Shown piece after piece: positions 19,238 through 27,848 of a stretch of 64,000 nt of DNA. This DNA is from an uncultured Thermotogae bacterium (GTDB taxonomy: Bacteria; Bipolaricaulota; Bipolaricaulia; UBA7950; UBA9294): positions 6,299-70,298 of the forward strand of contig CAZSNG010000001.1 of the NCBI GenBank assembly GCA_964608345.1. Direction: 5' to 3'. The notes beneath the pieces are model-generated. The model had not been told where the DNA came from. It saw only the letters and a program-made list of their open reading frames with translations, and searched no databases. Position 1 is the first letter of the stretch; each line of letters starts with the position of its first letter. Both the position numbers and the translations under genes were made by a program.

Positions 19238-20245
19238 CTAGGCGGAGGCGTTTCTCACGCTAAGGTCGACGCCGGGCCGGATCTCGAGTTCGTGCTCGTG
19301 TGACAGCTCCGCAACGCGCATGCCGACCGACTCGTACAGCTGGGTCGCTCCGGTCAGGCCCTGTGCATCGACGTGGAGCGCCACGGCGCCCATTCCTCGC
19401 CGGTGAAACTCCGTGAACGCTTCGAGGAGCAGCGCCCGGCCGAGCCCGCGGCGTCGCCACGCCGGGCGAACGCCGAGCGCCTGAACGTACCCGGTGGCTT
19501 CGTCCCCGGACTCTCTCGGAGAGCACGTGCAGAAGCCGGCGATCTCGTCCCCATCCCATAGCAGCAACCAGAGGGATGGGTCGGTGTTCGGGTCGGTCTC
19601 GATCCGATGCCGAGTTCTCTCGAGTTCATCGTCGATCGATCCGGCGACGAACCCGTAGTGGTCCTGGAACGCGTCCCACGACGCGCGGATGAGAGCCTCG
19701 AGGTCCCGCTTCGGGTCGCACCGGGTGAGGACGAATTCGTCCTTCCAGGCCGGCGACGCCGGAGGCCCGTCGAGATCGATCGTCATTCGCCAGTAGTGGC
19801 GCGACAGGGTGTATCCGGCGCGGTCGAGAAACGTCCTCGCTGCCTCGTCGCCGTCGAACAGGCTCTGACGGACGACCACCCGCATGTCGACGGGTGCTAT
19901 GTCGACCGCGTCCTTCGATCGTTCCAGGATCCAGTCATGCAGGCACGCCCCGATTCCCCGTCCCTGATGAGTGCCGGCAACGAGGCCCCACACGTGAACC
20001 GTCACGTGCGGATCGCGGTGGAAGACGAGGCCGGCTGCAGCGAGTTCGCCCGTCAGGTCGTGCACGAGCCGCACGGATGTCGCCAAGTCGAGGCCCGGCG
20101 TGGACAGCATCGCGCGCAGCTGCTCCTCGGTCGACGTGTTCCGACCCGTCCAGCGTCGGGCGTACGCATTGGCGAGTCGAGTGAGGTGCGGGAGGTCGAT
20201 CATCGTTGCGGTGCGGATTGAGTAGCCTGGCGGCACGATTTGCAT
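19238..20245 (-). CDS. Tandem-GNAT N-acetyltransferase (MshD-like two-domain architecture)
   Basis: Two GNAT cores are present (QGRGIGACL and RRRGLGRALL). A strong RBS AAGGAG sits 5 nt before the ATG at 20245. Confidence 0.75.
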   Translation of the reverse strand: MQIVPPGYSIRTATMIDLPHLTRLANAYARRWTGRNTSTEEQLRAMLSTPGLDLATSVRLVHDLTGELAAAGLVFHRDPHVTVHVWGLVAGTHQGRGIGACLHDWILERSKDAVDIAPVDMRVVVRQSLFDGDEAARTFLDRAGYTLSRHYWRMTIDLDGPPASPAWKDEFVLTRCDPKRDLEALIRASWDAFQDHYGFVAGSIDDELERTRHRIETDPNTDPSLWLLLWDGDEIAGFCTCSPRESGDEATGYVQALGVRPAWRRRGLGRALLLEAFTEFHRRGMGAVALHVDAQGLTGATQLYESVGMRVAELSHEHELEIRPGVDLSVRNASA

Positions 20246-20360
20246 TTACACTCCTTCGTCCATAGGATGTTACCAGATAACCCGGTTGACTCAATCCGGA
20301 CCCGAGCCGGTCGGAAGCATCGATGACATCGACGGTACGCTGAGAAGAAGGCAGGGCGAC

Positions 20361-20750
20361 ATGCCTCGGTACTTGTGGGGACCGGACGGAAGACGGTGGG
20401 AGATCGTCTTCCATCAGGCGTTCCAGATGTGGGAGATCGTCGACTTCGATACCTGCCCGTTCTCGCTCCGATATCTCACGGACGCCGGCCTGCCCGCGGA
20501 GACCTGTCGCATTTGCGGTGGCGTCGCGGATCCCGCCGTCTTCCTCCGCAACCCCGCCACGGAGAGCGTGCTGATCGACACGGGCCCGATCTGCCTCTCG
20601 TGCGTCTGCAGGAATCGGGCCTGGTACACGCTGATCCCGATCTCGATCCCGAGGTCACTCCTGCTCGAACCGGGCTCGCCCTCTCCCGGGCGGCCGATGC
20701 CGATCCGCGCCGGCTGGCCGGCGGAGCCTGATGGCCGGGATCACTTGTAA
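20361..20750 (+). CDS. Hypothetical Cys-rich small protein (possible zinc-ribbon-like)
   Basis: The ORF runs from ATG 20361 (MPRYLWGPDG...) and contains CRICGG and CLSCVC motifs. The ORF-track start at a TTG at 20286 is less likely. Confidence 0.35.
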   Translation: MPRYLWGPDGRRWEIVFHQAFQMWEIVDFDTCPFSLRYLTDAGLPAETCRICGGVADPAVFLRNPATESVLIDTGPICLSCVCRNRAWYTLIPISIPRSLLLEPGSPSPGRPMPIRAGWPAEPDGRDHL

Positions 20751-20810
20751 TGCGGCCCCCCTCGTTGTAGAGTGACGCCGGCAGGGCAAAGGCTATGCTG
20801 GTGGCTATTC

Positions 20811-20869
20811 GCAGGCGGGGTTCTGAGCTGACTCCTTTGTAGTCTTCTCGGGCAGAGCGCCCCGCCTGC
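20811..20869 (+). promoter_or_regulatory. Long-range GC stem (GCAGGCGGGG...CCCCGCCTGC) enclosing 39 nt upstream of the yecH-like gene
   Basis: A 10-bp perfect inverted repeat seen in sequence. It may be a structured leader or a regulator site. Confidence 0.3.
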
Positions 20870-20900
20870 ATTCATTCTTCGGACGTCGGGAGACTGCGCG

Positions 20901-21146
20901 ATGAACAACGTACACGGACACGAGGTTCTACGTTTGATGATCGACGCCGATCGTTCCTTCTCGCGGGACGCCCTGCTGGCCGAGATCGCGGAGCGCTTCG
21001 GCCCGGCCGTTCGCTTCCACACCTGCTCGGCCGAAGGGATGACGGCCGGGGAGCTGATCGAGTTCCTCGAGAGCCGCGGGAAGTTCCTGTCCGACGGCGG
21101 TGGTTGGCGGGTCGACGAGGGCGAGATCTGCAACGACGGCGAGTAA
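20901..21146 (+). CDS. yecH: YecH-like (DUF2492) putative metal-binding protein
   Basis: MNNVHGHEVLRLMI...RFHTCSAEGMTAGELIEFLESRGKF aligns along the full length with E. coli YecH. Confidence 0.8.
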   Translation: MNNVHGHEVLRLMIDADRSFSRDALLAEIAERFGPAVRFHTCSAEGMTAGELIEFLESRGKFLSDGGGWRVDEGEICNDGE

Positions 21147-21197
21147 CGAGGGCGGTCGAGGCACGTCATCTGCCCCTTCTACTCACCGCGCACGCAA

Positions 21198-21338
21198 CAT
21201 TGCGCGGACCCCCTGACGTCGGTACACTGGCGACAATGTTGGTAGGTGCGCAGTCGCTTTCTTGGAGTCCGGATCATTCCTGAAATCCAGAGATCGTTCT
21301 GTTTCGCTTAGGCATCCAGCATGGAGGAGGGTTTCACC
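21198..21338 (+). promoter_or_regulatory. csp promoter (TTGCGC, 17-nt spacer, TACACT) plus ~100-nt 5'UTR with conserved TGTTGGTAG..GCAGTCGCTT..TGGAGTCC element
   Basis: The same -35/-10 hexamers and the same UTR motif recur upstream of the second csp copy (32556-32693). The long structured leader is typical of cspA-type genes. Confidence 0.55.
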
Positions 21339-21548
21339 ATGTCCGAACGGCTGACGGGTACCGTCAAGTGGTTCAACGACGACAAGGGCTTCGGCTTCAT
21401 CGAGCGTGAGGGCGGCGAAGACGTCTTCGTGCACTTCAGCTCGATCCGTGGAGAAGGCTACAAGTCGCTGCAGGACGGCCAGCAGGTCGAGTTCACGCTT
21501 GGACAGGGTCAGAAGGGCCCCCAGGCGCTCGACGTCGTCGCGCTGTAG
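21339..21548 (+). CDS. cspA: Cold-shock protein (CspA family, S1-like cold-shock domain)
   Basis: Carries the RNP1/RNP2 motifs [15 protein letters not shown] and [21 protein letters not shown] is present. Confidence 0.92.
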   Translation: MSERLTGTVKWFNDDKGFGFIEREGGEDVFVHFSSIRGEGYKSLQDGQQVEFTLGQGQKGPQALDVVAL

Positions 21549-21574
21549 CAGCACGAACGATCCAAGACATTCTT

Positions 21575-21612
21575 CGCGGCGCGCGGATTCTTCCGCGCGC
21601 CGCGTTTTCGTT
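21575..21612 (+). terminator. Rho-independent terminator after csp: stem CGCGGCGCGCGG / CCGCGCGCCGCG followed by TTTTCGTT
   Basis: A 12-bp GC stem plus T-tract seen in sequence. Confidence 0.7.
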
Positions 21613-21632
21613 GGTCGAACCTTGCTGTGGGC

Positions 21633-22937
21633 CTATACCGAGTCCGGCGCTGTCCGGCCGGCCCGGCGGTTGACTGTGAGCAGGATCAGCGTACCGACGA
21701 TGAGGAAGCCGATGATCGACAGCAGCGCGTAGCGGTGTGCCGCCTGTTCGGCCAGGATCGCCGTCTCCCCGCCGCGCTCGAGGACGTTCGCGACGTGAAA
21801 GACGATCGCGCCGAACACGGCCGGGCCGACGGCGGACGACGTCCGTCCCGCGACGGCGAAGAACCCGTAGAACTCCGCGCTTCGACCCGATGGCGCCAGC
21901 AGTCCGACCGTCGCGCGGCTGACCGATTGCACGCCGGTCAGCGCGAAGCCGGCGACGGCTCCGATTGCGTAGAATGCGACGACGGAGCGCGTGAAGAACA
22001 GCCAGACGACGGCTCCGACCATTCCCACCAGCGACATCAACAACACGTTGCGGAAACCGAGCTTCTCGGTGAGGAGCCCGGGCACGAATGCACCCGGAAC
22101 GCTCGCCACCTGAACCAGGATCATGAAGATGATGATCTGGTCCCGCGCCAGTCCGAACAGGGTCGAGCCGAGGATCGCACCGTAGCTCAGCGTGATCAGG
22201 ATTCCTTCGTTATAGACGAGGAATGCGAGCAGGAACTTGCCGAACTCCCGATGCCGACGTGCGGCGCGCAGCGTCTCGGCGAGCCGGAGGAACGGGACCC
22301 TCAGCAGGTCGCGCCCGCGAGGGAGCGGGCGTCGATCGCCCTTCTCGTCCAGATGGAGGAAGAGCGGCACGGAGAACGCGGCGAAGTAGAGGGCCGTGAA
22401 CACCAATGACAGCCGGACGATCAGAGCGCCCCCGATGAGCTTGACCGCCGCGAGGACGACGAGAAGACAGAGTACGCCGCCGGCCGAGCCGATCGCCCAT
22501 CCGTTCCCCGAGACACGTCCCATCTCGCTCTCGCTCGCAATCTCCGGGAGGAAGGAGTTGTAGAATACCTGCCCGCTCCGGTAGCCGATCTCTGCGAGGA
22601 TGAACAACGCCATGCCGAGTACGACAGCGTGCTCCGTGACGAAGAAGAGCGACGCGGTGAACGTGCATGCGATGACGGTGAACAGGAGGAGGAACCGCTT
22701 CTTGCTGCCCGACACATCGGCGATCGCGCCGAACATCGGAGAGATCACGGCGACGACCGCCGTCGCCGCGGTGACGGCGATCCCCCAGAAGAAGGATCCG
22801 AGTGCCCCGCCGACCACGCTCTCCTTGAAGTACGTCGCGTAGATTGCGAGCAGCACGACGGCGGCGTACGCCGAATTCCCTGCATCGAACAGGTACCACG
22901 CCCTTCGCGCCCGCTTCTCGGACCTCTCGCCCGTCAT
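21633..22937 (-). CDS. MFS transporter (UMF1/Atg22-like family)
   Basis: About 434 aa with 12 predicted TM segments. The ATG at 22935-22937 overlaps the plsC-like stop as ATGA. The longer upstream extension in the ORF track is rejected. Confidence 0.75.
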   Translation of the reverse strand: MTGERSEKRARRAWYLFDAGNSAYAAVVLLAIYATYFKESVVGGALGSFFWGIAVTAATAVVAVISPMFGAIADVSGSKKRFLLLFTVIACTFTASLFFVTEHAVVLGMALFILAEIGYRSGQVFYNSFLPEIASESEMGRVSGNGWAIGSAGGVLCLLVVLAAVKLIGGALIVRLSLVFTALYFAAFSVPLFLHLDEKGDRRPLPRGRDLLRVPFLRLAETLRAARRHREFGKFLLAFLVYNEGILITLSYGAILGSTLFGLARDQIIIFMILVQVASVPGAFVPGLLTEKLGFRNVLLMSLVGMVGAVVWLFFTRSVVAFYAIGAVAGFALTGVQSVSRATVGLLAPSGRSAEFYGFFAVAGRTSSAVGPAVFGAIVFHVANVLERGGETAILAEQAAHRYALLSIIGFLIVGTLILLTVNRRAGRTAPDSV

Positions 22938-23683
22938 GTTCGGCCTCCTTCCTCTCTCTCTCGTCCTGTGGCCCACGGATACGCCGCCTCGGTCCGGGCC
23001 GCTTCGCGGACCGCGGCATCCTCCGAGTACACGCCCCGCCGCTCGGCTGGAATCAGCTCCGCGATCCGTTGCATCATCGTCTCGCCGATCCGGTCGATCG
23101 CCTCCCGCCCCTCTCGCCCGCGTGGCGCCGTCTCGAACGGTCCGAACGGCTGGCCGATCCGGATCGTCACGGAGGCTCTTCGGAAGTGGCGAAGGCTCGA
23201 GAAGAGGTCGGTTAGGCCATCGAGTCCGATCGGGAGGACGGGGACTCCGGTTCGCGCTGCGAGGTAGGCCGCTCCCGGCCGGGCTGGTCGGAGGACGGCC
23301 GCCCAGCTGCCTCCCTCCGGGAAGATCCCGAACACGCCGTCGCCCTTGAGAACCGCTTCCGCCGTCCGGAGCGCCTCGCGCGACGAACCTCCGCGCCGGA
23401 CGCGCGTCGTCCCCCACAGTGACGTCAGCCATTTCACGCCTGTCGGAGCGTTCGGGAGTTGGGTGCCACCGATGAACTCGAGCGGCCACGGCATCGCGCG
23501 GATCACAGCGACGGGATCGACGAAGTGGAAGTGATTCGCGACGACGAGCAAGGGACCCCTGTCGGGGAGGTTCTCGAGTCCCTCGATGCGCAGTCGAGCG
23601 AGCACGAGAAACGCGACCCGAATCAACTCCCGGAGGACGGCGCGGAGCGGGCGATGCGTCGGCTGCCAGCGCGGAGCGTCCAT
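22934..23683 (-). CDS. 1-acyl-sn-glycerol-3-phosphate acyltransferase (PlsC/LPLAT family)
   Basis: Carries the HxxxxD acyltransferase motif (NHFHFVDP) and the FPEGG motif. Start taken at MDAPRW; an alternative start is at 23743. Confidence 0.75.
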   Translation of the reverse strand: MDAPRWQPTHRPLRAVLRELIRVAFLVLARLRIEGLENLPDRGPLLVVANHFHFVDPVAVIRAMPWPLEFIGGTQLPNAPTGVKWLTSLWGTTRVRRGGSSREALRTAEAVLKGDGVFGIFPEGGSWAAVLRPARPGAAYLAARTGVPVLPIGLDGLTDLFSSLRHFRRASVTIRIGQPFGPFETAPRGREGREAIDRIGETMMQRIAELIPAERRGVYSEDAAVREAARTEAAYPWATGREREEGGRT

Positions 23684-23720
23684 GGGCGAATCATACCCGC
23701 TGGTTCCGAACCTGCGGGAG

Positions 23721-24611
23721 TCACCCGCCGGCGTCCGGTTCACCTCGGCGGCAGGCGGCCGGGATGGCGGAGATTGCCTCCTGCGCGGCGGGCTCCGGAT
23801 CGAAGAATCGCGCCTCGAACGAAGGCATCGGATGGTGTCCCTGTGGCCACTGCCACGACGTGGCGAAGTCGACGGTGTCGATCGCGCACATCCGCCGGAA
23901 CGTCTCGCTGTCGATCGGGTTGGTGTTCGCGTTCAGCGAGGCGACGTAGAGGAGGCCGTGGTCGTGCGCCAAGGCCGATTGATGGCGATGGACGTCGATC
24001 GGATCGGAGAAGCCCGCCGGCAGCCTACCATGCACGACCTGACCGGAGGCGAAGCCGGCACCGGGCACACGTGCCATGTACGACGGCGGTGCGGTCGAGC
24101 CGATCGGGACGTCGCCAAACGCGGCGCGGATCAGCGCGAAGACGTCCGACAGTTCGTCGGGGTCCACCTCGAAGTCCGGTGGAAGCCCGGCCGGATCGTG
24201 CGGCTCGTCGAGGAACCGCACGCCCCAAACCGTCCCATCCTCGATGAACGGGGCAATCTGCTCGGAAGCGGCGAAGAACGGTTGCAGTTCGCGATGAACC
24301 GTCTCCATTCGAAGGTGTCCGGCCTCATCGAGGTAGGTGTCCGATGAAACGCTGCCGAGGGACAGGATCAGGCGCACGCCGCGCTCGCTGGCGAACGCAA
24401 GATCCGCTACGAGCGCCGCGGCGCCCCGCTCCCCGCGGTAGTGCTTGATCGCTCCGGTCATTCCCTTCGTGGTGAGGTGCTCGTTCGGGGTGTACATCGC
24501 GCCCCACGGAATCGCCGCGGACCGACGGTCCACAGATGCCGCGAGGAAGGAGCAGGCGGTCGCGAGCGCGATGGCTAGGAGCAGCGCCGATCTCCGCCGA
24601 CCCGCGGTCAT
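23721..24611 (-). CDS. Secreted hypothetical protein, possible TIM-barrel glycoside hydrolase (GH5/GH113-like NEP-type motif VRFLDEP)
   Basis: Signal peptide MTAGRRRSALLLAIALATAC. The family assignment rests on weak motifs only. Confidence 0.45.
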   Translation of the reverse strand: MTAGRRRSALLLAIALATACSFLAASVDRRSAAIPWGAMYTPNEHLTTKGMTGAIKHYRGERGAAALVADLAFASERGVRLILSLGSVSSDTYLDEAGHLRMETVHRELQPFFAASEQIAPFIEDGTVWGVRFLDEPHDPAGLPPDFEVDPDELSDVFALIRAAFGDVPIGSTAPPSYMARVPGAGFASGQVVHGRLPAGFSDPIDVHRHQSALAHDHGLLYVASLNANTNPIDSETFRRMCAIDTVDFATSWQWPQGHHPMPSFEARFFDPEPAAQEAISAIPAACRRGEPDAGG

Positions 24612-24636
24612 CTTCGAGCTTCCAGCAGCGCGGACG

Positions 24637-26037
24637 TCAGTCACGGAACAGGGCGTCGTCGAGGTTCGGCGACCAATCGTCTGCCCGGACCCGATCGGCC
24701 ATCTCCGCGATCCCGGCGAGCGGGACCGTCCGCGCCGTCGGTCGTCCGGCCAGGCGGTCTGCGAAGCCCCAGGCCGCGGCGTCGGACAGCCAATCGGCAG
24801 GCTCGGCGTTCGCGTCGTGATCGGGGAAGCCCGTGGCGAGCGACGCGCTCGGATCGATCTCCGACCGGACGTATGCGATGTCGCAGTTGAGGCGCGTCCA
24901 CAGCCCGGCCGTCTTCCGAAAGCCGTCGTACGCTTGGCGGATGTGCGGCTTGTCCGGCGCCGCCTGGACGTGGTCGAACGTGGCGAACGGGAGAAGAACC
25001 TTCATCTCGGGCAGCTTCCGCCCGATCGACGCGTAGTTGTGCACGGTGACGCGGTACGGCCAGAAATCGGCGGTCATCTGCGGCGTGGCGAGATCGTCCG
25101 GCCACGTGGCGAGCGTGAAGGCAGCGTTGTCGAGCAGCGCCTGGGTCAACGCGGGCGAGAACCAGCGGCGCCCTTGGATGTGCGGGCCCTTGTCGTCGAG
25201 AACGTAATCGGTCCCGCCGGGGACGCGGAAGACCGGTCGCCCCTCGGGAAACTCGCTGTTCTGGATCCAGTCGAGTGTCGAGTAGTCGACGGCGATGCGC
25301 GTCGGCTCGTATCCGGCCGGATCGTAGAACGGGTTGAAGACCGGCCGGCGAAGCGGATCGAAGTGGCCGATCTCGAGCGGGTACATCTCGGCCATCGTCG
25401 GGTTCTCCCGCCCGACGAAGTACCGCAGGCCGGGGAATGCCTCGCCGTGATACGCCATGACGTTCGTGGCGACGACCCCGGCGTGCGACGAGGCGAACAG
25501 GCCGACGTTGTCGTAGAGTGGGATCACGTCGAGCAGGTCGTGCAGGTGGGCGCCGTTGACGTCGGGAATGTCGCCGAGGCCGAACCGAATCGTATCGCGT
25601 AGCGCCGCGAGGGAGTCCGGGCCGCCGTAGTCGTAGACGCCGTCGCTCGAGATCCCCGTCTCGGGATCGGTCTTGCCGGGCCAGAGGTGGGAGATCGCGA
25701 TCGCGCCGACGTCGACCGGGTTGTAGACCAGGTGGAACGGTGTCTCCGCGAGCTCGTACTTCTCGACGAACCAGGTCGACGCGACCACGACGATCGGGGC
25801 GGCTGCACCGTACCTGGGGGATTCGGGAACGTCGATGCGAACGGCGATCCGTCCGACCTCGGGGCAGTCGATGTGCGTGGTGACGACGAGATTCCCTCCG
25901 CAATCCTCGGGGCAGAGTCCCTTCTCCCGCTCCACGTCGTCGCAGATCCCATCGCCGCACGGCGTCCCGCACGTGCCCGAGAGCGCGATCCACAGGAGGA
26001 GAGCGAGCAGCGCTGCCGCAGTTCCTCTCATGCGCAT
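24637..26037 (-). CDS. Secreted protein of unknown family (paralog A) with N-terminal Cys-rich module
   Basis: Start MRMRGT with RBS AAGGAGG 6 nt upstream and a signal peptide. Motifs NPFYDPAGYEPTRIAVDYSTLDW and DKPHIRQAYDGF are shared with the ORF at 53371-54699. Confidence 0.7.
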   Translation of the reverse strand: MRMRGTAAALLALLLWIALSGTCGTPCGDGICDDVEREKGLCPEDCGGNLVVTTHIDCPEVGRIAVRIDVPESPRYGAAAPIVVVASTWFVEKYELAETPFHLVYNPVDVGAIAISHLWPGKTDPETGISSDGVYDYGGPDSLAALRDTIRFGLGDIPDVNGAHLHDLLDVIPLYDNVGLFASSHAGVVATNVMAYHGEAFPGLRYFVGRENPTMAEMYPLEIGHFDPLRRPVFNPFYDPAGYEPTRIAVDYSTLDWIQNSEFPEGRPVFRVPGGTDYVLDDKGPHIQGRRWFSPALTQALLDNAAFTLATWPDDLATPQMTADFWPYRVTVHNYASIGRKLPEMKVLLPFATFDHVQAAPDKPHIRQAYDGFRKTAGLWTRLNCDIAYVRSEIDPSASLATGFPDHDANAEPADWLSDAAAWGFADRLAGRPTARTVPLAGIAEMADRVRADDWSPNLDDALFRD

Positions 26038-26130
26038 CTCCAACCTCCTTCGGGCCATCATACAGGCAGTCCCCCGCTGGCTGATGGGATGCTCGCCGGG
26101 TAAGGTAGAGCGGGAAGGGGTTGGCACTGC

Positions 26131-26676
26131 ATGCCGCGAGACCGCAGCAATCTCGTCTGGATCGACCTCGAAACGACGGGTCTGAGCGTCGGGAACCGAG
26201 CGATCCTCGAAATCGCAAGCATCGTCACGGACAAGGACCTGAGCGTTATTGGCGAGGGCCCGGCACTCGTGGTCTATCAGCCGGACGACGTCCTCGCGCG
26301 AATCGATCCGTGGTGCGAGCAGCAACACGGATTCTCGGGGCTACTCGAGGCGTCGCGGGCCTCCGACGTGTCGCTGCGCGACGCGGAACAGCAGACGCTG
26401 ACATTCCTGCGCAAGCACACTCACCGAGGTGTGGCACCGCTGTGCGGGAACTCGATCCTGCTCGACCGGCGATTCCTGATGCACTACATGCCCGAGTTGA
26501 ATGGACATCTCAGTCACCGCAACATCGATGTGAGCGCGATCAATGAACTCGCCTATCGCTGGTTCCCCGGCGCGATCGCGCGGCTCGACAAAGGGGTCAG
26601 GCATCGCGCTGCCGATGACATTCGCGAGTCGATCGAGGAGCTGCGACTGTATCGTCGCCTGATCTTCAAGGAATAG
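26131..26676 (+). CDS. orn: Oligoribonuclease (3'-5' exoribonuclease, DEDDh)
   Basis: Carries WIDLETTGL and the DEDDh exonuclease motifs. 181 aa. Confidence 0.9.
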   Translation: MPRDRSNLVWIDLETTGLSVGNRAILEIASIVTDKDLSVIGEGPALVVYQPDDVLARIDPWCEQQHGFSGLLEASRASDVSLRDAEQQTLTFLRKHTHRGVAPLCGNSILLDRRFLMHYMPELNGHLSHRNIDVSAINELAYRWFPGAIARLDKGVRHRAADDIRESIEELRLYRRLIFKE

Positions 26677-26716
26677 CACGGCCGCTGTCGACTGGGGAAC
26701 CCGACTACAATCGGGC

Positions 26717-27238
26717 ATGAGTGCCCCGGAGTCTCAGCCGCTGACGTCGCTTCCTCTCGGAAGGATCGCCGCGCTGCTGGAGACGGCGTACTCCCCGTAC
26801 CTCACCGAAGATCCCGGCGTCGAGGCCGATTGGCGCGCGAACTGGGCGGCGTACGATGCGGACGTGCATGCCCATCCTGCGACGGTTGGCGCGGCCGGCT
26901 TCGCGACCCTCTTGAACGGACGCTCGATCGGCCTGATGACGTGGGATCCACGCGAGGCGCCGGACGTGATCCGGATCGGCCACAACTGCATCGTGCCGGA
27001 GTTCCAGGAGCGTGGATTCGGTGAATGGCAGCTTGAAGCGGCGATGCGGCACTTCGCCGACGAATCTGTCGTCCGGGTGCGCGTGACGACCGGCGAGGGC
27101 GGATTCTTCGCCCCGGCCCAACGGATGTACGTGACGCGAGGCTTCCGGGAGGTCGGACGGGAATGGAGCGACGCGCCGTCACGGATTCGAACGATCGAGT
27201 ACGAGTGGTCTGCGGACGCGGAAGGGACAGGAAGATGA
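26717..27238 (+). CDS. GNAT family N-acetyltransferase
   Basis: GNAT motif A reads QERGFGEWQL. Confidence 0.7.
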   Translation: MSAPESQPLTSLPLGRIAALLETAYSPYLTEDPGVEADWRANWAAYDADVHAHPATVGAAGFATLLNGRSIGLMTWDPREAPDVIRIGHNCIVPEFQERGFGEWQLEAAMRHFADESVVRVRVTTGEGGFFAPAQRMYVTRGFREVGREWSDAPSRIRTIEYEWSADAEGTGR

Positions 27239-27239
27239 C

Positions 27240-27767
27240 GTGCGCGTCCCGTTTGATCCGCGCTTGCTCGTGACCGGCGTCTACCTCGGAGCCGAGCGGG
27301 CGCACCGCTTCGCGTTGCTCCATCCGGACGAGGTCCGTGCTGTGGCGCCGGTTTGCGGGAACGTCCATACGATGCCGATCGGAGCGCTCGACGACGGACC
27401 GCTCCCGTGGCCGCTTGGGTTGGAGGGATTTGATGCGCTCGACCGCGGTTCCCACGCGTGGGACTCCTGCCTGAGCACTCCGCACTACGTGACCACTTCA
27501 GTGCACGAGATCCTCTGGTACAACAGGATGACGCAGGAGGAGCAGGGGATCGGAACGGACGAACTCGACCGCTACGTTGAGCAGTTCGGCGCCATCCCAC
27601 CGGAGCGAGAGGTGTCCTTTGCGCGGGAGCTCCTCTCGGCCGGACTCGACGTGCAGCTCGTGTGGTCGGATGGCGGTCACGGTTGGATCGATCCGGTCAG
27701 GCTCCGTGTCTTCGAGTTCTTCGCCGGCTTCGAGCTGGAGGCGGCTCCGTCTCAGCGCGGCCCGTGA
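27240..27767 (+). CDS. Hypothetical protein (possibly C-terminal half of an alpha/beta-hydrolase-like fold)
   Basis: The ORF starts 2 nt after the GNAT stop. It has a WSDGGHGW His-containing motif near its C-terminus. No nucleophile-elbow half is present. Confidence 0.4.
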   Translation: MRVPFDPRLLVTGVYLGAERAHRFALLHPDEVRAVAPVCGNVHTMPIGALDDGPLPWPLGLEGFDALDRGSHAWDSCLSTPHYVTTSVHEILWYNRMTQEEQGIGTDELDRYVEQFGAIPPEREVSFARELLSAGLDVQLVWSDGGHGWIDPVRLRVFEFFAGFELEAAPSQRGP

Positions 27768-27848
27768 GGGGCGGCTCCTCGGCCCGAACCATCCACAACC
27801 GAAGAACACATCGGGCACACGTGCGCATCACGGGGGCGCCTACCCTCG

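Noticed and set aside
21633-23489. 618-aa extent of the MFS ORF
   Set aside because: The upstream 184 codons are Arg/Pro/Gly-rich and overlap the plsC-like gene. The Met at 22937, whose ATG overlaps the plsC stop, gives a canonical ~434-aa MFS protein.
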